From Octopus sinensis (lineage: Eukaryota): a stretch of 64,000 nucleotides of DNA. The DNA lies in NCBI RefSeq assembly GCF_006345805.1, contig NC_043005.1, positions 51,336,001 to 51,400,000 of the forward strand. Reading direction: 5' to 3'. Under the pieces are notes generated by a model. It was not told the DNA's origin. It searched no databases and saw only the letters and a program-made list of their open reading frames with translations. This document shows positions 1 through 11,786 of the stretch, one piece after another. The translations under genes were made by a program, and so were the position numbers. Each line of letters starts with the position of its first letter. Position 1 is the first letter of the stretch.

Positions 1-200
1 TGTAGTGAAAAGTGCTTTACAGTGGAATCCGGATGGATATAGAAAGAAAGGTAGGCCTAAAAACTCGTGGCGTACATCAACACAAAAGGAACTAAAAAAA
101 AGCGGGACATTCATGGCAGAGTATAAGTACAGAAGCGAAAAATTATGCGGCATAGAATTCAATTATAAGTGGCCTATACTCCGCGTTGGAGGGTTAAAGG
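1..200 (+). mobile_element. RTE-clade LINE 3' fragment (ORF C-terminus), cut by window edge
   Basis: Translation ALQWNPDGYRKKGRPKNSWRTSTQKEL matches the RTE C-terminal motif AL.WNP.G.R..GRPK.TW; followed by an A-rich tail. Confidence 0.75.
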
Positions 201-239
201 CAGAAAAAAAAGAAAAAAAATATATTATTATTATTATTT

Positions 240-769
240 GGCTGATTGAGGCAAATTTCTACTGCATCACCTGCTACACCGCCGTGTTGCTGGGATATGT
301 GCAGCATGGTGTGTTCTTTTTGACTGTTGGGAGTGCGCGAAACCTTCCCGGTACTGTATTGTTTTAGCTTTTTTACCTGAGGTGTTGTGTTGTGTTTTGA
401 TGTGCTGTTGCTTGTATTGTGTGTTGATTGTGTAATGCTTTGGTTTCTGAACTTGCTGGTGGGAGTTTATTTCACTGGGTAAATGCCGTATAGAGAGTGT
501 TTTGTATTAGTGGGTTGTTTTGTTTAGGCTGTATTATTGGATTGATAGTGTCTTGCGTAAGATGTGGGTTGTTCCTTGCAGGACTATTTTTTGGACAGTG
601 TGTAGTGTTGAGGATCCAAGTATAGCTTCCACATTTTTGTTCATATGATTTTTTTATCATGCCCAATGCTCCAATTATTATCGGTATTGTTTTTACCTTC
701 ATATCCCACATTTTGAATACTTCAATTTCGAGGTCTTTGCACTTCGACAATTTTTCCACTTCTTTATTA

Positions 770-770
<1 letters not shown>
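240..770 (-). mobile_element. R4/Dong-like non-LTR element, 3' fragment (restriction-like endonuclease C-terminus plus 3' UTR)
   Basis: Minus strand reads KEVEKLSKCKDLEIEVFKMWDMKVKTIPIIIGALGMIKK and, after a frameshift, TVQKIVLQGTTHILRK. Flanked by (TTA)n on both sides. Confidence 0.8.
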
Positions 771-804
<34 letters not shown>

Positions 805-1081
805 GAGATTGGTGCCTAGGTGTTGAATGTCTTCCACGATATCTAAGCTTATAATGTACGGAAAGAGACCCTTCAAGATCTCTGACAACAGGCTGGTGTC
901 CACTCTCATGGAATCAACCAGAGCAAACAAGACTGAGTGCTCTGATAAGTAAAACAACAACAACAACAACAATAATAATAATAATAATAATGATAATAAT
1001 GATAATGATAATAATAATAATGATAATAATGATAATGATAATATAATGATAATAATGATAATAATAATAATGATAATAATG

Positions 1082-1125
<44 letters not shown>
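771..1125. repeat. (TTA)n and (AAC/AAT/GAT)n trinucleotide microsatellites with a short unassigned insert (about 805-950)
   Basis: Direct reading; source of the poly-Ile/poly-Asn/poly-Leu ORFs. Confidence 0.9.
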
Positions 1126-1126
<1 letters not shown>

Positions 1127-1127
1127 C

Positions 1128-1625
1128 GTACTGTGAACAAACCTCAGAAGGAGTCACCGAAAATGAGAAGTGCAAAATCCTGTGGGATGTAATGATCCAG
1201 TGCGATCACCAGACCAGAAATAGGAAACCGGACATTGTTGTGGCAAATAAAAAAGAAAGAACATGTGTGATTATCGACACAGCATGCCCCGGTGACAACA
1301 GGATCAATGTGAAAGAAGACAAAAAAAATAAATAATGACGATTTGAAGTGATATATACGAAGGTTGTGGTCAATGAAGAGAGTAGACGTGATGCCAATAA
1401 GTAATTGGTGCACTTGGAAGTATCAGCACTCAACTACCAAAATGCCTCAAAATGATCGGTGCAAGTGTGAAGGTAGAACAACTACAAAAATCAGCATTGC
1501 TTGGAACTGCAAGAATTCTTCGCTGAGATCTTGAAGCATGACCAGTAAACAAGTGTCGCCTCAGTCTGCTGGCTGTGGCCAGCTGATACTCTCCATCATG
1601 CCCAGCAAAATAAGTTGTGAGTTTT
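1128..1625 (+). mobile_element. R4/Dong-like non-LTR element, 3' fragment (RLE domain pseudogene)
   Basis: ENEKCKILWDVMIQCDHQTRNRKPDIVVANKKERTCVIIDTACP, then RLWSMKRVDVMPI / IGALGSIS and EQLQKSALLGTARILR. Contains the PD..D motif, stops and frameshifts; ends in (GAT)n/(AAC)n. Confidence 0.85.
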
Positions 1626-1678
1626 CATATGATGATGATGATGATTTCATTTATTTGCCACAAGGACGAAATAATAAT

Positions 1679-1747
<69 letters not shown>

Positions 1748-1759
1748 AATAATAATGAG

Positions 1760-2645
1760 TAACTTGTTAGGAAAAATGCCGAATTGAAAGGGCCTAGGAC
1801 CAGATTTAGGAGGGAACAACTCCAGGATTGCCTTAATGGAGGAATAATACTGGACTGGATGACAATAGGGAGGACAATACTCATTATGAAGGATAAAAGC
1901 AAGGGTGATATAGCTAGCAACTATAGACCAATCTCTTGCTTACCATTAGAATGGAAACTGTTATCAGGAATGCTTTCAGAAAGCATTTACGAGCACCTTG
2001 ACAACCAAAAGTTAGAACAAGAACATAAAGCTTGCAAAAAGAAGACTAGAGAAACGCATGACCTATTATATTGAGACAAAGCAATACTAAATGAAGTAAA
2101 AGCTAGAAATAAAAATCTAACAATAGCATGGATAGATTATATGAAAGCCTATTACATGATCCCACACTCATGGATAAGTGAATGTTTGAGTATATTCAGT
2201 ATTGCAGACAACATATGAGAACTAATTAGCTTTAGCAGGAAGAAATGGAAAGTAGATCTCTACTCTTAGGGAAAGTTAATATCAAAAGAGGAATTTTCCA
2301 GGGGGACTCATCGTCCCCTTTAATATTTTCTTTATGTTTAATCCCCCTCAGTTTAGTATTAAAAAAGACAAGGCAGGATATCAGTTCAGAAATAGTAATG
2401 GAAATATTAACCATTTGCTATTAAACTATAGAGACTATGGAAAGTGCTGATAAAATATATTCTAGTAGTTCTGAACAGATGGATAGAGGAAATAGGCATA
2501 AAACCCAGTTTAGTACAGCTGCAGAAAATAGTGTTATTGGGGACAGCTAGGATACTTAGGAGGGTTCTTGGCATCTAAGGTTACTTATTGTAGCCCAATA
2601 TGAAGATTCTTTTCTTTTCCAACAGTCTAATCTGTTGAGTGTATA

Positions 2646-2648
<3 letters not shown>
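1760..2648 (+). mobile_element. R4/Dong-like element, internally deleted (RT N-terminal part fused to 3' end)
   Basis: WMTIGRTILIMKDKSKGDIASNYRPISCLPLEWKLLS, AWIDYMKAY..IPHSWI, IKRGIFQGDSSSPL, then LQKIVLLGTARILRRVLG and a (TAA)n tail. Confidence 0.85.
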
Positions 2649-2688
<40 letters not shown>

Positions 2689-2738
2689 TGATGATGATGA
2701 TAATAATAATGATAATAATAATCATCATAATAATAATG

Positions 2739-2778
<40 letters not shown>

Positions 2779-2831
2779 TGATGATGATGATGATAATAAT
2801 AATGATAATAATAATCATCATAATAATAATG

Positions 2832-2862
<31 letters not shown>

Positions 2863-2924
2863 TGATGATGATAATAATAATAATAATAATAATGTTAATG
2901 ATAATAATAATAATAATAATAATG

Positions 2925-2964
<40 letters not shown>

Positions 2965-2966
2965 TA
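2648..2966. repeat. Compound (AAT/GAT/CAT)n microsatellite with an internal higher-order duplication
   Basis: Direct reading. Confidence 0.95.
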
Positions 2967-3530
2967 ATAAATGCCCTGATGCAGTACCAGGCAGTGGTTC
3001 TCATGGCTTCTGATCTTAATTGATTGGAAATGTTATCATGTACATTGTTTTGTCTTGGTATAAAAGATGGGCTACGGCAAATATTCTGCTCAATATCACA
3101 GATTTGCTTGTCAGTTGTTTGACTTTAACAGTTGAGCATGTCCCTTACTGGCTGACGATATGTGCACCCCTGATCACGAGCAGAAGTAGTGGGGGGCATC
3201 ATAGCCATGTGTTGAGAGGAAATCTTAGAGGTTTGGATAATTCACCTTTGGAAACATGGGTGTTCGTTCAACATCCTTAAACAAGTCTTATTCAGGGACC
3301 TTTTGAGCGGGATAGGTTACTCGACTAGAAGAAAATTCTAACTGAGCCCCACCTGCAAGGTCATGTGCTGTTTATCTTGATATGAGATCACCATGTCGCG
3401 TACATATGGTTGTGATGCTTGTGCCTAGTGTACCCTTATCAGACAGGTAGTTATGATGGGTATACTGGGCTTCGCATATTTTACCCCAGTGTCACTTTGA
3501 TGGCATGCACTGATCTCTCAACGCAGTAGG
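2967..3530. mobile_element. Non-coding interspersed repeat abutting (AAT)n; family unassigned
   Basis: GC-richer unique-looking block starting at the microsatellite edge; resembles a repeat I associate with octopus TAA tracts; no ORF. Recognition from memory only. Confidence 0.35.
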
Positions 3531-4956
3531 AGTTGGTTTTGAAGTGAATGTCATTCACGTTCAGTACCACCTATCAATACAATACTACAGCAGAATTAGA
3601 TTTCTGGCAGGTGGTGAAATATGTGGAATTGGAGGAAGCTAACATGCTGCTAGGGATACAACACTAGTAACAGCAGCATCAGAAGCAATAACAACAACCA
3701 CAGCAACAGCAACAGCATGATGAATGGTATATCAAACAAAGAAGTAATACCAGTTGTAATACCGCTGCTGCCGAATACAAGCTCATCAGCGGGAGAGAAA
3801 AATTCATTGTCACATCTATAGTCATTGTAGCAATGAGCTGCAATAGTAGCAATAAAACTGCCGCCACCACAGCAGTAATAAACAATGACAGCAGCAACAA
3901 CAACGAAAGCAGCAATAAAAGCACAGATAAAAATCATTCCTTTGCTGGTATTGCAAAATTTTTTGACCCAGTCCCACCAGACAAACAAAAAACCAGAAAT
4001 ATCTGGAAGAAGCAGAAAGAAACATCGACAAATAGGCACAAAGTTACAGTTACTATCCCACACCAACTTTTAGGCAAAACGGAACGAAAATCATTCTATA
4101 CAGATGCATATCATTAATGAGACACAGGCTAGTGCGAATATCCCCAGAATAATTTCAACTCTGCTTGTAAAACATTTGGGATAACATTGGTTTTGTAATA
4201 TACAGTCAATTCATTTGAAAGTTGTAACGTACAGCCAATATACGCGAAATTTCTCGCTTGGAATCTCTGGTCCGGAAGCACTCCACTGTCCCACATAGAA
4301 CTGAGTAATTTATATTGATACCAATGTACCTGGTGTGATGCGGGTAAAAGTTTTGCATAAACCACCGGAATTAGAATTCTAGTAGGTGGTGAAATGTGAA
4401 TAATTAAAGGAACCTGCTAGAGATAAAATTAGAGGAACACTGCTAGAGATAAAATGACCCTAAGAGGAAAACTGAGTTAGTACGGGGCTGGAGATTCCAA
4501 TTCAGAAGAAACCAGAAGCATTTGACGGTATTTCCCTATCTATTAAAGATCTCAAGCAGGTAGATGGCTTAGGTGCTTCAACTGTGAGAACACCGATCTC
4601 CTCAAGGTCTTCTGATCCTAACAGAAAGTGACAGCTGAAATATCTCCACTGCCGCCAGAGCCATAATATCAACAGCGACAACAGTAGCAACCACAACAGT
4701 AACAACAACACCAATAGTAGCATGCAGCTACAGCATCAGTGACTTCAGAAGTATGTTGAAGAATGGAATCAGCACCTACAGCAGAACCAGAAACAACAAC
4801 ACCAACAGTAATGGCAACAGTAACAAGAACAACATAACAAGCACTGCCATCAAAGATTACTCCATTACAGACAGCAGCAACAACTGCTGTCTGTTTATTA
4901 ATCTATCTGTCTAGCCTGCTATATAAAGTATAAATACGTACATAAATATGCGCCTG

Positions 4957-5247
4957 CGCTCACACACACTCACGTCAGCGCTCACACACACGCTCACGTC
5001 CGCGCTCACACACACGCTCACGTCCGCGCTCACACACACGCTCACGTCCGCGCTCACACACACGCTCACGTCCGCGCTCACACACACGCTCACGTCCGCG
5101 CTCACACACACGCTCACGTCCGCGCTCAGACACACGCTCACGTCCGCGCTCACATACACACTCACGTCCGCGCTCACACACACACTCACGTCCGCGCTCA
5201 CACACACACTCACGTCCGCGCTCACACACATGCTCACGTCCGCGCGC
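4957..5247. repeat. 24-bp CpG-rich minisatellite, 12 units (CTCACACACACGCTCACGTCCGCG)
   Basis: Twelve 8-aa THTLTSAL-type repeats in ORF 4948-5304. Confidence 0.95.
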
Positions 5248-6069
5248 GCACATACTCATATAGATGTTGGCAAGTGTTTGTCACCTTGCGCAAATGTTTT
5301 CTAGCATAGCTTCGGGCCGAATAATGCCTTGTGATTGAAGCAACAGAAAACCCCCAAAACAACAACTCAGATATGTCGCATAGCGAATGTGAAGGGGGGG
5401 GGGCGAAGTTTGAAGGGCAGAAAGAAACTTATGGAAAAACAAAAAAAATAGAAAAACGTGTCGACATAAAAAGCAGAGAAATACGTTGGACAGAGTTGGA
5501 CAATGTCTCTGAACAACGATGTACCAGCACCATCATCAACAGCAGCAGCATCAGCCGTCCAAGAATTTGGACCTGGAGATCGCCATTTCCAGCGACTCTG
5601 AGGGTCACCTTCCAGTGGTGTCGGGCGTCAACGAAGAGCCCACGACTACAATAAGACGACCGAAGTTTTTTTTTTTCCAAGGTTTGGGGTCTCACGCCCC
5701 TAAGCCCTAGACCATCACCTAATCACCCTTACCCGTCTTGTTGCTTAAAAACAACAACAACAGCAGCAGCAGCAGCAGCAGCAGCAGTGATATTGTCCAC
5801 ACCAACACACCATCACAACCAACAATAACAACAACACAGACACCAGCAACATTACAAACTCAAACACAATCTAATTCACACACTTCAACAATCAGTACCA
5901 CCCCCTCCGACAGGAGCAGAAAAGAAATCATTAATTACACGGCCACAGACACAAGCAACAAAAGGTAATGGTTAACATTCATCAATATACATCCTCACAT
6001 TAGTTACCAGTATGGCAATGAGCACAAAAACATCATCAAAATATACAAAATGCATACATTTTAAAAATT

Positions 6070-6137
6070 CATGCATATATATATAAATATAAATAATATA
6101 TATATGCATATATACATACATATATGTACAAACCTAC

Positions 6138-6168
<31 letters not shown>

Positions 6169-6299
6169 ACATATATGTACAAACCTACATATATATTATA
6201 TATATATATATAATACATACATATATGTACAAACCTACATATATATATATAATATATATATATTATATATATATATATACATACATATATGTACAAACC

Positions 6300-6341
<42 letters not shown>

Positions 6342-6400
6342 CATATATGTACAAACCTACATATATATATATATATATATATACATACATATATGTACAA

Positions 6401-6440
<40 letters not shown>
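6070..6440. repeat. TA-based minisatellite with recurring GTACAAACCTAC core
   Basis: Core seen about 6 times, separated by variable (TA)n. Confidence 0.9.
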
Positions 6441-6446
6441 GCATAT

Positions 6447-6765
6447 GTGGAGGCGCAATGGCCTAGTTGTTAGGACACAGCGGACTCGCGGTCGTAGGAT
6501 CGCGGTTTCGATTCCCAGACCGGGCGATGTGAGTGTTTATTGAGCGAAAACACCTAAAGCTCCACGAGGCTCCGGCAGGGGGTGGTGCCGATCCCTGCTG
6601 TACTCTTTCGCCACAACTTTCTCTCACTCTTTCTTCTGTTGGCCTGCTCGCTTAGCCAGCGGGGTGGCGTCATTTGATGGCTAAAACAATGCGAAATGCA
6701 TTGTGACCAGTGATGTGTAGCAACATCTGATAGTCTCGTCGGTCACGGTGATCACGGTGATATAC
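6447..6765 (+). mobile_element. tRNA-derived SINE (family S3)
   Basis: A-box TGGCCTAGTTG, B-box-like GGTTTCGATTCCC, body AAACACCTAAAGCTCCAC shared with 37.8 kb and 52.0 kb copies. Confidence 0.8.
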
Positions 6766-7559
6766 ATGCATATATAGGTACAGGGCGTTGAAAAACGTGA
6801 ACAAAATGAGAAACGAGAACATAAAAACCAAAAACATGGAAAAGAAACGAGACAGGCAACATAAAGAACATTCCCTTCATTAGTTGTCCCCTCCGTGTTT
6901 CGAACGTAGGGACAAGACTCTACTTCGCTAAAACAGTCGTTTCCGCAAAGCAAATTTTTTTTTAAATTTGGGATTTGCGGATGGTTAAAGTGGTGACAAA
7001 AACAGGACAGTGAGAACAAAACAGTAAAAACAAACGGTAAGGGATGTTAAGCCATAACGAGGTGAAGTGATGAACGCTGGAGAAACAAGTTTTGAGAAGA
7101 GACAGGCAAAAGCACATCTTGTCTTTAGGAAGGAAGTGTAAGAAAGAAAGATAGATAATCGTTGGTCACGTGTGAGCAATGAGAGAGCCAAGGAGAAAGA
7201 GTGACGGAGAGAGGAAATGGTGAAGGGGAGAGGAGAAGAACTAGAGAAAGGGTGGCAGAGAAAAGCAGAAAGGAAGAACAAGAGAGGGAGATAGAATAGA
7301 GATAGGTTGTAAAGTGCGCATCGGAATTATTAATATAAAACATACTTGTATATATACATGCATATATGCAATTATATGTAGGTATGTATATATATATATA
7401 TGTACATATCTTCATATATATGTGTATATATATGCATATATGGGTACAAACGTCAAAAAAAACGTGAGCAAAATGAGAAACGAGAACATAAAAAACAAAA
7501 ACATGGAAAACAAACTTTTTTCCGAATAACAAAATAAATAAATAAATAATAGAGAAACG

Positions 7560-7920
7560 AAATTTTCTGAGTTGAAATTCTGCCGAGGTCGACTTTCCCT
7601 TTCATCCTCTTGGGGTCGATTAAATAAGTACCAGTTACGCACTGGCGTCGATGTAATCGACTTATCTGCTCCCCACATACCCTCCCCACCAAAAAATAGT
7701 AAAGAAATAGTAAAAGAAATAAAAAACAAAAAAAGTAAAGAAATAGGTATTTCGTTTACCGCAACATACTGAGTTCAAATTCCGCCGAAGTCGACTTTGC
7801 CTTTCATCCTTTCGCGGTCGATAAATTGAGTACACTGGGGTCGATGTAGTTGACTTATCCGCTCCCCACATACCCCCACCCTTCAGGCCTTGTGCTTATA
7901 GGAGAAAGGATTATTAGAAA
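7560..7920 (+). mobile_element. S2 SINE (Meta/MESC-like core) partial dimer
   Basis: Two copies of GAGTTCAAATTCCGCCGAGGTCGACTTTGCCTTTCATCC...GGTCGAT joined at AAAGAAATAGGTATTTCG. Confidence 0.8.
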
Positions 7921-8977
7921 ATGAATTTTTTTTTAAAAATCAAGATATTTTGTGTGTTGTAAAAGTAAAAAAAAAATTTATTAAAGATAAATTCTGCCAA
8001 CAAGATCTTCCATGAATCCCCATGTACTATATGGTCCCCGGTTGAGAACCACCGATACAAATTCACACACACAAATACACAAACAAGCGCACACATACAC
8101 ACACACACTCATTCACATTCACACTCACTCACATTCACACACATATATTCACGCAAACACACATTAACCTCTTAAAACTACACATTTTTTTTCTAGAGTT
8201 TCGTGCAAAAAATATTATTTTATATTATTTATTTTGAATCTGTATATAAAGAAGAATAAATACACCTATTATTTTGGATTAGTCATGATTTATTATGAAG
8301 TTACTAATAAAAAATGATAGTTACTGATAGTTAATGATAGAAAGTGGGAATAAACATCATGAATGAAGTATTTGGGTTACTAATTAAGTGATATACTTCA
8401 GAGTACAGTGAACATATATTTTCGTTCAAATATATATTTATATCTATTACACAACTCTGAATGAAATTATACAGAATAATATGTTAAGAGGTTAAAGACA
8501 AAAATAAAATCCGTTTTACTACCTCACGTATAAAGAAAAATCTACGCCAGTAATCTCCTTTTGCATTTTGCTGTAGATCACACAAAAACATCCAATGCAG
8601 TTGTCTCTGGTTTCAACGAGATAGTGGTGGTCTGCTACTATTACTACTCCTTCTACAGCTTAGCCCCCACCACCACCACCACCCCACCCTCTTTCCCGCA
8701 TAAAAGGTGTCTGATAGTTGGAATATTTGAAATGTCATGTGTTACCCCCTACCGACAAACATTAATTTTACACCAAAATACAGGACAAATTTGCGTGTGG
8801 AGAGTGAGCCGTGCGCACGCCTCTATGTATGAGGTGGGTAGTGTTGTAAAAGAGATTGTAAGTGCATCTCTCTCTCTCTCTCTCTCTAACTATCTATCTA
8901 TCCATCTATCTATATAGCTACCTACTTATCGGTGTCTCTGTATATACATACATACATACATACATAGTAACATATGT

Positions 8978-9365
8978 ATAGGTGCAGGAGTTACTGAATG
9001 TTAAGAAGCTTGTCTCCCAACCCCATGATTCCAGGTTCAATATCACTACGAGGCACCTTGGGCAAGTATCTTTCACTATAGTCTAAGGCCGATCAAAGAT
9101 ATGCGAGTGGATTTGGTAAGCGGAAAGTGAAAAAGCCCGTGTGTGTGATATTGACTCTTTACCTTCACATCGCGTGCCAATTATACACAAGTATCACCGT
9201 GATATAAACGGCGTCCTACGTTTTCAATCATCCGCGAAGACATTTCTGGTCACGGAAATATACTACTTTACTTGGCTAGAGGAAAGGCATCTTGTAGAAA
9301 ATTCGCCTCAACAAATTACGTCCGACTCATGCTAGCATAGGAAATGGAGCGGTAAAATGACAACG
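8978..9365 (+). mobile_element. Degenerate S1-type (CORE-like) SINE with alternative 3' part
   Basis: tRNA-like head plus CACCTTGGGCAAGT core; 3' part differs from other S1 copies. Confidence 0.6.
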
Positions 9366-9502
9366 ACTTCACCGTTCATCCTTTGGGGTTCGATAAAATA
9401 CGTACCAGTTGAACACAATGGTCCGTGTTATCGACTTACAACTCTTTTAAAATTGCTTTTCTTGTACCAAACTTGGAAATCATAAAAATAAATACCAAAT
9501 CC

Positions 9503-9547
<45 letters not shown>

Positions 9548-9599
9548 ATCTATCTATCTGTCAGTCTATCTGTCTGTCTAGCTCTCTCTCATATATATC

Positions 9600-9845
9600 T
9601 CTTTTTTTACTCTTTTACTTGTTTCAGTCACTTCACTGCGGCCATGCTGGTGCACCGCCTTTAGTCGAGCAAATCGATTCCAGGACTTATTCTTTGTAAG
9701 CCTAGTACTTATTCTATCGGTCTCTTTCGCCGAACCGCTAAGTTACGAGGACGTAAACACACCAGTATCGATTGTCACACAAACATATACACACTCACAC
9801 ACACATATATATATATACATATATACGACGGGCTTCTTTCTTTGC
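9600..9845 (-). mobile_element. S1 SINE 3' half
   Basis: Reverse complement of ...GGCGGTGCACCAGCATGGCCGCAGTGAAGTGACTGAAACAAGTAAAAGAG tail. Confidence 0.8.
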
Positions 9846-9929
9846 TTTTAATTTTTTGTTTTTTGAGGAGAGCAAGTTATGTGCATGGAATTTTTAGCAT
9901 CTTCATAACATATGCAAAAAGTGTGGATG

Positions 9930-11700
9930 TGTTTTGCTAAGCGTGCAGAGTTCTGATGGAAAATTCTTGGAATGGCCAAACCCAAAAATAAAGGTCATCA
10001 CAACAGTTTCCTTGGAAATAACAGTAGAAGACAACCAGTCTTGCAACATTCGATCAAGATTAGACCGATTACAATGGTGGAAAGAACTCACTGCCAACTA
10101 GACTACGCATTCGAATCTATATTAATCAAAGAGTGGACATTACGTGTTGAAGGATTCCGCTTAAACTGATTAGTAGTACTCCAATAATAAGAAGGATCTG
10201 GCTCTTGTAAGGATACAAGAGTGATTCGAGTGTCCGGAACTTTATTTTTATAACGGTAGAACGAGACCCCCATTCTAGCTGCCTCTTTTGGCAACAGACG
10301 TAATATGTGTCCCATTTAAAGTCAAGTGTGAATTTACAAACAAAAATATTTTTTAAAAGTAGTTCTATCCACCTAAGTTGTTGAGGAGGTAAAGAATTCC
10401 ATGATGATGATAGGAAATACTAGGTTGATCTTGGAAGCAATAATCTGTAATATTATTAGCTACCATGTCAATAAGGTATCGTGTTACTTTGTGAGATAAA
10501 TCATTAATAAACAGCAGGAAGAGTGCAGGTCCCGGGAGACATTTCTGATAGGGTTTTCAACACAATGTCTGTGACTTGATATGACCAGACGCTTTTGATG
10601 GATCAAGCTCATTTGTAAGTCTAGAAACCTCCCGAGCTGATACTTTGAAGTGAGATCTAGAGTAGATTGTGCGAGCGGATAAGTCTGAAAAAACTTATTT
10701 CATTCATGTTGCTTAAAATTTTTATACAAATAATCAGCAAGAAGCGTAGGCGAGAAAGATATGCCATAATATACATCTGGAAGATCCTGGAGGGACTTGT
10801 CCCAAACTTTGGCATCGAGAGTTACACAAATGCCAGAACTGGACGCCACTGCGTGGTGCCTAGGACTCCAAATTTGCCATCAAGATATAGGACAAGATAC
10901 TGTGATAGCCTGGGCTTCCGAGGCCCACAGCTCTTCAATATCCTCCCGAAGAACCTAAGAGACCTGCATGGGGTGGATGCAGATGTCTTTAAAATGAAAC
11001 TGGATCTCTTCTTGTCAGGTATCCCAGATGAACCAACTTCACGGCAGGAGGTGCAGATGAGGGCAGCTGCATCGAACTCTCTCATGCACCAAATGGCAGT
11101 TGCTAAAGAGCATTCATGAAGTAAAACCATGTAGCAACACCAAATGGCGGTGCCCCAGCATGGCCACAGCTCGTGAGCTGAAACTAGAATCAATCAATCA
11201 ATTAACGTGGCTTTTTCAAAGGAGAATAATATTATGTTCACGCCCATTAATATTGAGGATTTGCTCTAGTTACTTAATCTGTTGGATATTCTCCAGAATT
11301 CATATGAACCGAACTTTTCTTGATCAATCCGTGTAAAAAGCCAGCTTTTCTGTTCCTTAACACTCTTTTGGCATTGACAATAGGCATTGGGGGAGGTTGT
11401 CTAATTAGTGGCACGCCCATGTTGATGCTATGTCTAAAAATAGTGGCTACTATGGGTTAAAACAGCAACATTTTTTAGAGTAAATCAATGTTAAATTTAG
11501 GATATAGTTGGACTTTTTTATGAGGGACAACATGACGGATCCGAACAACAATCCAGTTCGCAATCAGAGACGTATCTTTTGATGATATTGCTATAAAAGG
11601 AATATCCAAGAAGAGCATCAGCCAAGAAAATACAGAACTCTTCTCACTCTGTTTTAAAGTACTTAACAGTCTGATGGAATGACACACCAAAAATATGCTT
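9930..11700 (-). mobile_element. Old degenerate CR1/Jockey-group LINE ORF2 remnant, interrupted by a younger LINE fragment at 10743-11201
   Basis: Minus-strand peptides WIVVRIRHVVPHKKVQ, KFGSYEFWRISNRLSN, ELDPSKASG, GPALFLLFINDL, SNVARLVVFYCYFQGNC in the expected order; many stops and an internal RT deletion. Confidence 0.7.
10743..11201 (+). mobile_element. 5'-truncated copy of the CR1-group LINE at 13267-17029
   Basis: RRRERYAIIYIWKILEGL...DLFLSGIPDEP; near-identical to the reverse complement of 13267-13731; (AATC)n tail. Confidence 0.95.
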
Positions 11701-11786
11701 TAGCCTGTATACCAATAGCAACCATAACCAAACAGTGACCTGAAATCTAACCTTTCAAATGTTACATTATACCATACAAACTTGCT

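Noticed and set aside
472-3023. Poly-Ile, poly-Asn and poly-Leu ORFs
   Set aside because: Trinucleotide microsatellite translations; only the embedded retrotransposon peptides are meaningful.
3650-4370. Possible degenerate Tx1-type ORF1 on the minus strand (LPDISG...KFCNTSKG..IC)
   Set aside because: Similarity to a zinc knuckle is too weak and lies in low-complexity CAG/AAC sequence; left unassigned.
5519-5968. Poly-Q/H/S/T short ORFs that look like transcription-factor low-complexity regions
   Set aside because: Driven by CAG/CAA repeats; no recognisable domain or supporting splice structure.
6860-6935. Possible second hammerhead type on the minus strand (GAAA...CTAATGA) in a repeat partly duplicated at 7442-7509
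   Set aside because: Core is mutated, no clear cleavage triplet, and stems could not be paired convincingly.
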